The position numbers and the translations under genes are program-made. Under the pieces are notes generated by a model, which had not been told where the DNA came from, made no database searches, and saw only the letters and a program-made list of their open reading frames with translations. A stretch of DNA of 64,000 nucleotides from Eledone cirrhosa. Taxonomy: Eukaryota. The stretch covers positions 191,704,001-191,768,000 of the forward strand of contig OZ024740.1 in NCBI GenBank assembly GCA_964016885.1. The letters run 5' to 3'. Positions 1 through 11,220 of the stretch are shown in pieces (within the stretch, counting starts at the first letter, position 1; the number at the start of each line of letters is the position of its first letter).

Positions 1-82
1 CAGAGAATTGGCTCAAGGTCACCCGTAGATAATTCATTAAATCACATACCCTATGTATTTATATATATATATATATATATAT

Positions 83-193
83 AAATGTAATATGAGTTTT
101 TCGAATATTAATAACATTCGATTCGTTTGCAATTATGAATCAAGCCTCATTTTTGAAGCCATGACAGTAGATTGAACCCTTCATTCTTGCACT
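83..193. repeat. Fragment of the ~345-bp HHR-bearing repeat family at 45020-45990
   Basis: aaatgtaatatgagtttttcgaatatta...cattcgattcgtttgcaattatg...gaacccttcattcttgc matches 45365-45475; flanked by (TA)n and (TG)n. Confidence 0.8.
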
Positions 194-373
194 TAAATAT
201 ATATAAATGTGTGTATGTGTGCGTGTGCCTGTGTGTGTGTGAGTGCGTGTGTGCGTGTGGTGTGTGCATGCGTGCGCGCGCGCGTGTGTGTGTGTGCGTG
301 TGTTTGTGTATGATTTCCTGATGGGGATATGCATAGAATATAGCCAAGAGCCATCTTTATCTTATATAGAAAT

Positions 374-424
374 AATTTCTCTAGGGCTAGAACTGTTTCA
401 TCCATATGAAATCATCAGTAAAGT
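374..424 (-). ncRNA. Degenerate hammerhead motif, family A (as at 32738, 36181, 42039)
   Basis: Minus strand: CTGATGA-T-TTC-ATAT-GGA-T-GAAA-CAGTTCTAGCCCTA; cleavage site and stem I mutated. Confidence 0.55.
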
Positions 425-959
425 ACTGATTCCTCCAAAATATTATTTTTCCGTTTATTTCACTTCTTTTATCTTTTTTTTTATCTTTTATTTCTCATTC
501 AATATTTTGATGAATGAAATTTTATCTGAATCGTAGACACTTTTCCTACTATATCAAGCGTTAAACTAACACATTTGTTCATTGTATGCTGTTGTTTGAT
601 CTCTCTTAATCTCTTTTCATTTCGTACCTTTTCTACGCCCCAGGGTCTTTCTTCATGGTTGGTATGGTCGTCTGCTGTCCACATCATTATTTTCTGTTTT
701 ATTATATAGATAGAGAGATATATATGTTTCTTTCTTGACAAAAGTGCGCACGAGAAATGGGACATTACAAGATGCGATGGTGCAGGGTTTAAATAAAAGT
801 TATGTAAACTTTAACATTAATCAATTAAAATATACTATATATTAAAATAAACTATATATTAAAATAAAATGAGAATCGAAATGTTCAATAACAACGTTAC
901 TGTGGGTTTGTTTTACACTCTTTAGATAGAACAACCCTCAACACCAGGAGCACGTTTTG

Positions 960-1200
960 TAGGCGTTACCGTCTTCCCTCTTTTGTCTTCTTTTCATCCT
1001 ACAGGTGTATACAGAGAAAGCCCATTCACTCGGGCCATTTTCGACACATTCATTCACATTTCATCGAATTTACTGAGGTGTAGCAGCTCTCTCTTCACTC
1101 TCACTAACCTTCTGTGGTGTTTAGAGGAACGGATGAGTTGTTGTCCGGAGAGGATGGTCTTCCACCATATCACCATTTTCACCATAGCCAGCAGGCCACA
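960..1200 (-). mobile_element. 3' fragment of a Tx1/L1-type LINE related to the 5.65-11.45 kb element
   Basis: LLAMVKMVIWW..LSGQQLIR resembles ORF2 C-terminus VIDMAKEVVWW..LSGQQLGR; gcccattcactcgggccatt matches ~5920. Confidence 0.7.
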
Positions 1201-1213
1201 AATATATATATAC

Positions 1214-1291
<78 letters not shown>

Positions 1292-1998
1292 AAGATGAAT
1301 ATAAAATAAAAGTGCTTTTTTTTAAAAAGGAATTTATTAGGTATTGACATATGTTTCTGTAACAGACGGAATACCTTTGTATCGCTGCTTGCGTAATCAT
1401 ATAATGTTAGCAAGTATTCGATAGCAAATGTATAATCAGTTGTTACTTCTTCAGAGATATTGGATAAATTGGAAAAAATCAGAAAAATTTAAGTATTTAT
1501 ATTAGTTGTAATAAAGGAAGAAGAGAGGGGATAGTATATGACAGATGGCAATTCTATTTACTGGTAAACAAGTATATAAAGGGTTTCTAATGAGAATACA
1601 ATGAGTATATGGTTTATTTATCTAAATAAGAATTTTTGGGAGTGCCTATTTTAATCTATACTTGACCAATTGAACAATGGACAGGGCTGGCCGTTTGGTG
1701 TAGTAGTATTAATTATAAAGTGTCAATTAAGGAAGAGGGAGATTTTCACTGCTACTGAATAACAACAATGCTGATAGCCTGCTGGTATATGCATTAGGGA
1801 ATTGAATTAAGAAATCTCATTTTATCTATAGCAGTTTATATTAAATGGTAAAGAATAGAAGAGTTGATAGAATTAAGACTAATAGAGAATGTTAATATGT
1901 ATTTTGACAATCAAACGGAGATGGAGACAGCCGTTCAATCCTGGTTTTGTTTGTAATATGAAAATGTAGATTTCAAGCGATGGTTACAGTATAACGAT

Positions 1999-2085
1999 CG
2001 CTCTATTCTGACGACGGAATGCTTCTCTGTCTCTTCTTCGGAAAATATATTTATTCCATTCCAGAAACTAATTAGTTGGAAGTGA
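1999..2085 (+). ncRNA. Degenerate hammerhead motif with long stem II loop in a pLTR-like end
   Basis: CTGACGA-CGGAATG...CATTCCA-GAAA-CTAATTAG (palindrome)-TT; stem I poor; downstream tail 2066-2136 recurs inverted at 57032-57120. Confidence 0.45.
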
Positions 2086-2128
2086 TATTTTAGTAAGTAA
2101 GTTAATTTTATAATTTTCTTATTTTACG

Positions 2129-2175
<47 letters not shown>

Positions 2176-2463
2176 TTGTAATAAAATGAAAACGAAATTT
2201 CATTTCTCACTCTTATACGGCACTTACTTAAATGTAAGTAGGTATGTATACGTACATACATATATGTATACAGACGTACAGTAGCATGCATATATATATA
2301 TATATATATATACAGGTACACATACATATATGTACGTATCAGTTTAGCGGACGCTTATTATAGCGCCCGCTTTGTTCGTTTGTAAACAAACTGAACAGCC
2401 TGAATTTATGCCGCACTGTGTTAAGGCAACCACGTCACCTTTTTGTTCAACACTGACACAGGA

Positions 2464-2506
2464 ACGATGTACTAGTTTCAAGCTTGTTAGCTATCATCAG
2501 CACCGT
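2464..2506 (-). ncRNA. Type I hammerhead ribozyme motif (intact core)
   Basis: ACGGTG-CTGATGA-T-AGCT-AACA-AGCT-T-GAAA-CTAG-TA-CATCGT; 6-bp stem I, palindromic stem III (ACUAGU), GUA cleavage triplet. Confidence 0.85.
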
Positions 2507-2578
2507 ATACCGATCTGCCAGATAGTTGAACGTTCGAAAGTATATACTTTCCTTATGAAAATTATGGCAGATGGGTAT

Positions 2579-2621
2579 ACGGTGCTGATGATAGCTAACA
2601 AGCTTGAAACTAATACATCGT
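2579..2621 (+). ncRNA. Type I hammerhead ribozyme motif (mirror copy)
   Basis: ACGGTG-CTGATGA-TAGCTAACAAGCTT-GAAA-CTAA-TA-CATCGT; one stem III substitution. Confidence 0.78.
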
Positions 2622-2776
2622 TCCTGTGTCAGTGTTGAACAAAAAGGTGACGTGGTTGCCTTAACACCGTGCGGCATAAATTCAGACTGTTCAGTTTGTT
2701 TACAAACGAACAAAGCGGGCGCTATAATAAGCGTCCGCTAAACTGTTACGTACATATATGTATGTGTACCTGTATG

Positions 2777-2807
<31 letters not shown>

Positions 2808-2866
2808 GTGCATGCTACTGTACGTCTGTATACATATATGTATGTACGTATACATACATACATACT

Positions 2867-2923
<57 letters not shown>

Positions 2924-3019
2924 CCTTATGCTATCATGTATTTGAATGCCTGTCTCAGATATTTTTGTCGGGCACGAAATCCAGCCGATATTTGTTTTGT
3001 ATAATAAATATCCATATAG

Positions 3020-3575
3020 CATAATTCGTCCCAAGGTTTGAATGTTCTCCCGACGATGAATATACTTTACCAAATTTCTCAAAACTATAGAGAATAACTC
3101 CACGTAGAGGCGCTATTTCTACGGTATTCGTCCCAAACCTTTCGGGTGGTCATGAATATTTGGTAATGACTGAATGAAAACGAACGCGAATAAAAGCGGT
3201 AGAATGGGGTTCATACGAAGAGTCTTTGGAGTAGTGTTACTCAATAGAATGCCTAAGTTTGAGATCAAGGTGTCATTCCAGATAGAGCCACCATTTCGGC
3301 GACTTGTGAAATAACACATACGATAATATAGGCATAAGGTAAGACTGTCTCAGGAATGAATCACCGGAAATATTTTACAGCAAAGGCAATCAGCACGAAA
3401 CCCAGTGATAGAACCTGAGAACGATGTTTAGGAAATATCCTTCGGTATGGCTGGTCTCAATTAGAGATTCAGTCGGATGAGTTGGAGAGGGTTACTTCTG
3501 ACAGGACACAGATGAAGGAGTTTTTGAGGACTCTGCCTTCAGGACCTTCTTAGATATAAGTGGGTGTAGATGAAA
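3020..3575 (+). mobile_element. Degenerate RTE-clade LINE 3' end
   Basis: MGFIRRVFGVVLLNRMPKFEIK..QIEP and GWSQLEIQSDELERVTSDRTQMK..LPSGPS with stops; homologous to 58600-58790. Confidence 0.6.
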
Positions 3576-3701
3576 TAGAATATATATATATATAAATATA
3601 TAGTGATAACTATGCCTAGATTTTCACTTTTGGACTATTTCGGTGAAGTTCCCTGGTCACACGGGTGTGTTCTGATCCTCAGATTCTCATATTATATGTG
3701 T

Positions 3702-4363
3702 TCATTTTCCCTGAAACATGAAAGGTTGCCTCATCACTAAAACAAAATCGGCTGAAGAACGTTTCATCCTCAGAAATTCTTCCAGCATTTTTACTGCAAA
3801 CTCTTTTCGTCTTGGTTTATTATTTGGTGGCGTGCCTGTAAGAGTTGCATTGTGTAAGCGTACATTAACAAGTTCTTTTGTAGGATTGTTGTACTCTTGA
3901 ACGTGGCAGCTGTAACATTCTGACAACAGTACGGATGGACTTTGTAAGTGAAAGCTGAAAGACTTTCCTAACACGATTGATGCTTTCCTGAGATGTTCTT
4001 GGAGTTTAACTCCCCCATTTATCCCACACAGTCCCTGTCTCCATAAATGTATCGTACCATGCACGGATTGACGGATGTGGCGGTCGATCACTTCCATACT
4101 TATTTCTGTAGTTTCGCTGAGTCTGCGTATCCGATTTTGTTTCAATAAACCATGACACGCATTGTAACATTTCTGGAGGAGTAGCCATTTTACGGGTTCA
4201 TTTAACAGTATCTCTTCCATGAAAAGGATACCTGAAATACCAAAAGACAATGTGATTAAAAGCTTTGATCATTAATGAATACATAGAACCAATCTCACTA
4301 AGATATCTCATCAATTGCCTTTGAAATATGTTTTTTAAATAGTAAAGCTACCATAAGGACAGC

Positions 4364-4367
<4 letters not shown>
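3702..4367 (-). mobile_element. Tc1/mariner transposon 5' fragment (frameshifted transposase N-terminus and left end)
   Basis: MATPPEMLQCVSWFIETKSDTQTQRNYRNKYG..SIRAWYDTFMETG (DUF4817-like HTH), DKPRRKEFA-like segment, FSDEATFHVSGK in alternate frame; TA-CAGGCTGT terminus at ~4367. Confidence 0.75.
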
Positions 4368-4401
<34 letters not shown>

Positions 4402-4453
4402 GCTGTTTAAGGAAATAGCAAAATATCTTTATCGGTAATCCAGTTAGAGGTTG

Positions 4454-4532
<79 letters not shown>

Positions 4533-4536
<4 letters not shown>

Positions 4537-5604
4537 CAATAAGGGCACGCTGCGGAGTTGCAAATGGGTTGCACATGAAAAAAGTTTATCCTTCATCAGT
4601 GACCTTCCAACTATCATACGTTTTTTCGCGTCTACGATTTCACAGAACTTATGTTTACCGAATTCGCAGACCAGACCCCTTCTTCATCCCGTCAGACCTG
4701 TGCGAAATTCCTTCCTTGCTCACATTTCAACCAGCTTTGATGGTCTTTATTCTCTCGTTCACGATTTCACCGAACTTAAATTCATAGAAATCTGGGACTT
4801 GTTTCCTCCTTCCTCACTTTCTGTTGCTTCACCATTTTGTTTGTTTACCCTCGTGTCCCCTTTATTTACGTGTCCCAACGACTTTTTTTAGCCGTTGCTC
4901 ACACCAACCGGAGGTATATGGTCTTTAAAGCGATGAAATACCTATGATAGTTGGAAGATCACTGATGGAGGACAAACTGTTTTCATATGTAACCCATTTG
5001 CAACTCCACAGCGCCCTTATTATCATATTTACACATATTTTTTCCTCTGCTGCTACACCGTCTTTTTCGTTCTATGTATCTTTACCCTTTCTAGCAGTCT
5101 CTCTCTCTCTGTTAGCCTATTCCTCACCTCACCCTTCACTCACTCATTCTCTGTCACTACCTCTGCTCCTCTTCCTCTTTCTTCCCGTTTGACCTGTGAG
5201 TAACTCTTTTCTCTCACATTCTCGGCCAAGCTGGTCAGAATTTTTTCTCTCGCGTCTACGATTTCACAGAACTTATGTTTACCGAATTCGCAGACCAGAC
5301 CCCTTCTTCCTCCCGTTAGACCAGTGCGAAATTCCTTCCTTGCTCACATTTCAACCAGGTTTGATAGTCTTTATTCTCTCGTTCACGATTTCACCGAACT
5401 TAAATTCATAGAAATCTGGGACTTGTTTCCTCCTTCCTCACTTTCTGTTGCCTCACCATTTTGTTTGTTTACCCTCGCGTCCCCTTTATTTACGTGTCCC
5501 AACGACTTTTTTTAGCCGTTGCTCGCACCAACCGGAGGTATATGGTCTTTAAAGCGATGAAATACCTATCAGAGTTGAAAGATTACTGATGAAGGACAAA
5601 CTTT

Positions 5605-5610
<6 letters not shown>
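4533..5610. mobile_element. pLTR-like non-coding element: inverted ~95-bp end plus two ~360-bp direct repeats
   Basis: 4626-4987 and 5250-5610 near-identical; 4533-4629 is the reverse complement of ~4930-5027; (TA)n at both ends. Confidence 0.8.
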
Positions 5611-5655
<45 letters not shown>

Positions 5656-5896
5656 TTTCTTTTTAATTGCCACCAGGGCATCAGAGAGAGGGACAAGTAC
5701 AATGGAGGTAGTTTACATAAAAAGGCGTCCTCAATAAGGAGGAGGCAATAACAAGATATACAAAAATAATATGTAAAATATAACAAAAATAAATTTAATA
5801 AAAAAATCCTCAATAGGGAAGAGGCGCCTTGGGGTACGCACACACCCCCGCAGAGCAGAGAATGGGGGTGCTCCCTTTATCGTTCATCTTCCTCAC

Positions 5897-8800
5897 CTAT
5901 AGTCTGATGTAGAGTGAAGGCCCATTCACACGGGCCATTCTCGTCATTTACACCCATCTTTCATAAAAACAGCTCGGGTGCAGCTACTCTCTCTCCATCC
6001 TGATCCTTCTTCCGAAAGGATATCGGAAGAAACGGCCCAGTTGTTGGCCAGAGAGAAAGGTGTCTGGCCTCAGTCCTTTCAGACGCGTCCACCATACAAC
6101 CTCTTTCGCCATGTCTATTACGCACAGAAACACCGCCCCTTCTTCGCTTTTTAAGAGGGGGGGGGCTTGATCGTTACAATAGACTCGGTGGTCAACCGTA
6201 TCGGTCCCACCCTTGACAGCAGTTGTTCGACATAGCCCCAAAGATCGGCAATACCCGAGCAGTCTACCAATGCGTGTGCAACGGTTTCCTCGTCGCACAA
6301 TCATCTGGGACAGATCAATTTCGAAGGGTCCCTACTAGGGCGCCCATGTCCGTAAAGTCTTTCTCGAACGGGCAGAGCCGCTCGGAAGCACTGCCAGGCC
6401 AGGGACCTCTGGAAGTTATCCATGGGTCCCGGGCTGAATGATCTACCGAACAGGTTGGCCAGTTCGTCTTCCTCCATGCCTAGGGCTTCTCCGAGGGCGT
6501 CGTCGCACCTTCTAACCACCAGCCCTCTATATAATGACGAGGTTGATTCTCCACTGACAGCCGGGTCCACCTCCTAGAGAGCTGTGAGCGCCTGGGCACA
6601 CTCGGTGTGCTAGGCGCCCAGAATTTTTCGGTCTTTGCTTAACCCAGGATTGCATCTCGGTGAACGAGACGAGTCTGGGAAAGGCTCGCCTCACAAACTT
6701 GCCCACACCCGTTGACCAGTGAGGAATACCTTGAGGTGTCGTAGCTTTAATGGGTGTTTACGTATCATTAGCCCTCCTTTCGAAGGGTGTTGACAGCAGA
6801 TGTATATCCTCACCATAAGAGCCGCTTCTTCCAAAGGAATTGGAAGAGTTCGCGCTCCATTTTGGCGAGCGGTTCCCTTGGGCAAGGCACGACGGTCATG
6901 CGGTAGTAGATGACGGAAGCTATATAAGTGTTCGCCACCTCCGCCCGACCTTTCAGAGACAGTTTGCACTCGGCACACTTCTGGGCAGTGCAAACACCCT
7001 GTCCGTTACCTCACCCCGGTTATTCTGCACCTGGAGGTCTAGTACGAACCAGACACCGAGAAACCTCACCGGGCCCTCCGTCCAGCGGCCGACGACGCCA
7101 TCGGAGGGCATCGATCTGCCCCTCCACGAGCCGAGTTGTAGACCGATCGACTTGTCTCGGTTCAGCTTAGCCCCTGTAAACCTTTCGTACTCATCCAGTA
7201 AAGTGCCGATCGTCCCGATTTCCGAGGCCATCGACACCATTACTGTTATGTGATTGGTGTAGGCCGACACCGCGTTCCGCAATCCCGGTTCCACGGGATG
7301 CCCTGAAACAATTCCAATTTCCGCAGCAATGGCGCTAGAATAATTACATACAGAAGGGGGGAGAGAGAGCACCCTTGTTGGATGGACCGCGCGATTTCGA
7401 ACGCCTCCGAGAGGTAGCCGATCACCTTGACCCTAGAGCAGATGCGGCTGCTGTGCATGGCATTCATCCAGCCCCTGAAAACGGGTCCGAAGCCTGCCGC
7501 CGCTAGCACTGCATCCAAGTAACTATGGTCGACCTTATCGAACGCTTTGGATTGATCCAAGTTGATAAGGGCCCCACCAAAGCCGGATTCGTTCCCAACC
7601 CTCTTTATGATGTATCGCATGCGGTGGAAGTTGTCGTGGATGGACCTGGACGGGATAGCACATGTCTGCGCATCACCCACCAGGTTGCCCACAACAATCA
7701 CCAACCTCTCTTGCTAGCACCTTGGCCAAAATCTGTAACTCTGTATTTAGCAGATTCATGGGCCTCAGATTCTTTATATCGTCCCCCTTGTTCTCATCCT
7801 TCCTCACTAGCGTGACTACGACCTCGGTCACAGCACAGGGAATTCTCCCGTTCTGTTGCTAGTTGCAGTAGACCGCCACGAGGAGATCGGGGAACAAGTC
7901 CGGCATAGCTAGATATAGTTCGTATGGAAGACCATCGAGACCAGGGGATTTGCGGTTGCCGCATTGGCTCAGCACGTCCTCTATCTCAGCGGCTGAAATC
8001 GGCTCCTCACAGGACATCTTCTCCCTGTCCGAGAGACGCGGCAGGCCGTCGAGGTATGGACCGCATTCCACTTCCCCAACCGGCTCCCCGCACCTTCCGA
8101 ACAATCTAGCAAAGTGCTTTTGAAAAGCCTCGCACATCTGCCTAGGTTCAAGGATCACCCGTCCATCCTGGTCTCGCAAAGACCGGATAGTGGATCTACT
8201 CTCTCTTTTGGCTTCTGTCACGCGGGCCCAGCTAACAGCTTTGGTCCCCTCGTTTCTCAGAGTACGTATTTTGCTCCGGACGATGCAGCCTTCGTTTTTC
8301 GCGTCGAAGAACTGGCCCAGGGCCGTTCTCGACGCTAGCACTCTGGCCACGTCATCGCTTCTAATTGCCTCTTCTACACTATCTACCAACTCCTTTTCCT
8401 TCCTATTTTTATTGAGGCTAACTCCTTACTAAATTCTATAGAAACTACTCTAATCTCTCTTTTGAGAGTTCCCCCACCACATGCTGTTGACGATAGCGCC
8501 CGTCAAACGTTAACTAAAGTGCAAATACGGTCCCTGTAAGCCTTACTTGCAGGTAAGGATAAGTTGAGCTTCCAGTAACCGGGTCCCTGTCTATGTGTTC
8601 TGTCAAGTTTGACCATGCATGTCACTAACTTGTGGTCTTAATAGCCCACCATGAGCATTTTTGGACAACTTACAAGGTCCTTATCCTTATGTCTAACTAA
8701 GAAGCTATCTAGGTACGACCTAGATGATCCGCTCTTATTTGCCCAAGTCCAGGTTGGCGTAGTCGGAAAATCTAGTCGATATCTATCGGCCAGGTCAAAT

Positions 8801-9311
8801 AGACCGATTACCCCTTTGAGGCTGTTACACACCTCTCTATCTGAACACGCCGCTACGTAGTCCCAACGTGCATCTAGGATACCATTCCAGTCCCCCACTA
8901 ATAGCAAGGAGCGGGACGTCCCCAGAAATGTCTCCAGACGATAGAAGAAGTCCAGCCGCGTGACCCGAAAGAGCCGTAGAAGGCTACTAGCTTAAACGCT
9001 CCGCCTTCACCACTGCCAATGTTCGGAACCACTAGTCGACCCTCCGGGTCCAAATGTACCGTCTGTGTTGCGATACCCAGACGTATTTGCAGCAGAACGA
9101 CAACCCCACCTTCATCTCCAGGCTGACAGAGAGATGCGTGCAGCTCAATATCATCAAAGATGGGGGCCAGCTGTCGCACGTTGCTGATCAGGGTCTCGCA
9201 AATAACCATCACATCTATACGTTGTGACCTGAGGTCATTTAGAAGCATTGCTTGCTTCCAATATGAGCCCAGGCCACGCGCATTTAGACAACCTACTCTT
9301 AGTATAGCCAT
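5897..9311 (-). pseudogene. LINE ORF2: AP endonuclease, reverse transcriptase, C-terminal region; frameshifts and stops
   Basis: LRVGCLNARGLG, ICET, LLVGDWN, SRSYLD (APE); KSPGLDGLPYE, LDQSKAFDKVDH, QGCSLSPLLY, SAYTNH (degenerate AYADD), FLGVWF (RT). Confidence 0.9.
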
Positions 9312-9329
9312 GTTGGTGGTGAAGAGAAA

Positions 9330-10961
9330 AGGCACTTATCTCTCTGCGTCCCGGGTATCGGGCCCTTCGTCTCCTAGGGACCAGGCTGCACAATTTCCAT
9401 GGGGTGTTGGAGGGGTTTTTTGGTGGGGTGGTGGTCTCATGCGGGTTGGGGACGGAGATGTTTCGTGGTGAGGGGGTGTCAGGTGGGGTGCGGGCGTATG
9501 GGGTGGGAATGTCTGGGTTTAGGGGGGGGGGGGGGAAAACAACAAAAGGACGCGTTTATAGGGTTTGACCAAGGGGTTACCTACGTCGTTAGGAAATGTT
9601 TCTTAACTGTTTATGTGTGTCCATGGAGTTCCTAATCATTTTAAGATTAGGATTCTCCGCAGAGTGTGTAAAAGTTTTTATATATGGTGTCTGTTAAAGT
9701 TTTATTTTTAGTATTTATGTAGGTGTAACATTTTTGTTGTGTTGTGTTGCTTTTTTTCTGTGGTTCTTGTATGTGTTTACGTTTTGTATTAGGTGTTTTG
9801 TTTTGAGGAGGGGGTGTTTTTGTTTGTGCTGTTTGCGTCGCTTGTATTGGTGTTTGTGTGTTTGTTGCATTTTTGTTTGTGTTATGTCTTTTCTTTTTTT
9901 CTTTTTACTGGTCGGAAAGGATCTCGCTCACCGTCACTTGGTGACGATGATGAGGCTTCATCCGTGCTGTAGGGGAGCGGTACATTTGGGGGAGCTGTTA
10001 TGTGTGTGCGTGTTTCTGGAGTTGTTTTAGGTGGGGAGGAGTTGGGTGGGACTGGATTTGCAGTTTGGTTTGTTTTTGTGTGTTGTTGTTGTGGTGGTGG
10101 TGGTTGTGTTGTTGTGTTGGGTGTCGGCAGTAGTGTCTTTTTTTTCAATGCAGTTAATTGAGGACAGGAAGCCCTCAGGTGACCACTGCTTAAACAGTGG
10201 TAACACGAAGGCCCCCTACCCTCAACAGACATGTTTATATAGGAATATCCATCCAGAGGCACACGTCGTGGTATTCTAGCTATCCGTTCTGGTCTCATTT
10301 GGACCAGAACTTCTAAGCTTGTACCGTTGAATATGTCCCTGGAGGACTTTCCTACCGAAATTGTTGGTCTTCAATAAAATTGATGAAACCAGCTATTATC
10401 CACCAGATGTTTACAGATAGTGTGATGATTGTTATTTTTATTTATTGGCTCCCTTTTCCCATGCATGTAGGGAAAAAGGTGTAGAGGTGGGGACGCAATT
10501 GGCGACACAGAATATTTCTGTACCGTCAATTGGTCTTTCATTATTATTGACAAACTCCCGAAGAATTTTCCCTTCTGTATGAAGGCAATGTCCTTCATGG
10601 AGTTTCTTAGAACCAGCTCAATTTTGTTTTGAGTTAATTGAGCTAGTTTTCTGGTGGTATTTGAGATTGTCCTAAAAACTTGGTCTTCAGGACAGTGTCT
10701 CTGCGCAATTCTTGGGGAGAAGTGATGCTAAAAGCGCCTTTCTCCCCCAAAATTATATATTGCTTGGCATCTCTTAGCAATTCTCCGCATTAGAGATGTC
10801 AAACTGTGTATACAGTTCTGTATTTTGGACAGTTTGTGCAAATGAGACCTTTTTTTTCTCGTTTGTGGAGTTGTTCTTGTTGGTTTTGTTGTCATTATTG
10901 TTGCTGCTGTTGGTGTTGTTGTCATCATTGTTGTTGTTGTTGTCATTGTTGTCATTGTTGA

Positions 10962-10994
<33 letters not shown>

Positions 10995-11220
10995 AGTTCT
11001 CAATTGTTTGATATTCATTTGTGAAGTTGCGTTTTCGTTCATAGCATTGTTATTATTGTTGTTGCTGGTGCCGCTGGTTATGTTGTTTTGATTTGTTGTC
11101 ATGGCAACATCAAGTTGTCGGTCAGCAAGTGAGGAAATTCTACCTCTGGTTGACCTTTGTCGTTGACATCTGCTACTATGACAGTGGCAGGGGGAAGTTG
11201 TAAGCATATCTTCCCCTTTC
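9330..11220 (-). pseudogene. LINE ORF1 (gag-like), disrupted
   Basis: CYHCLSSGHLRASC zinc knuckle in ORF 9882-10298; Thr/Asn-rich N-terminal stretch from (GTT)n. Confidence 0.7.

Larger units (their letters stand above)
2233..2868. mobile_element. ~630-bp near-perfect fold-back element with two divergent hammerheads
   Basis: Arms 2233-2525 and 2561-2868 are reverse complements with few mismatches; centre gaaagtatatactttc; (TA)n nearby on both sides. Confidence 0.92.

Noticed and set aside
2372-2713. Two near-identical 88-aa ORFs on opposite strands
   Set aside because: Consequence of the palindrome; non-ATG starts, no domain
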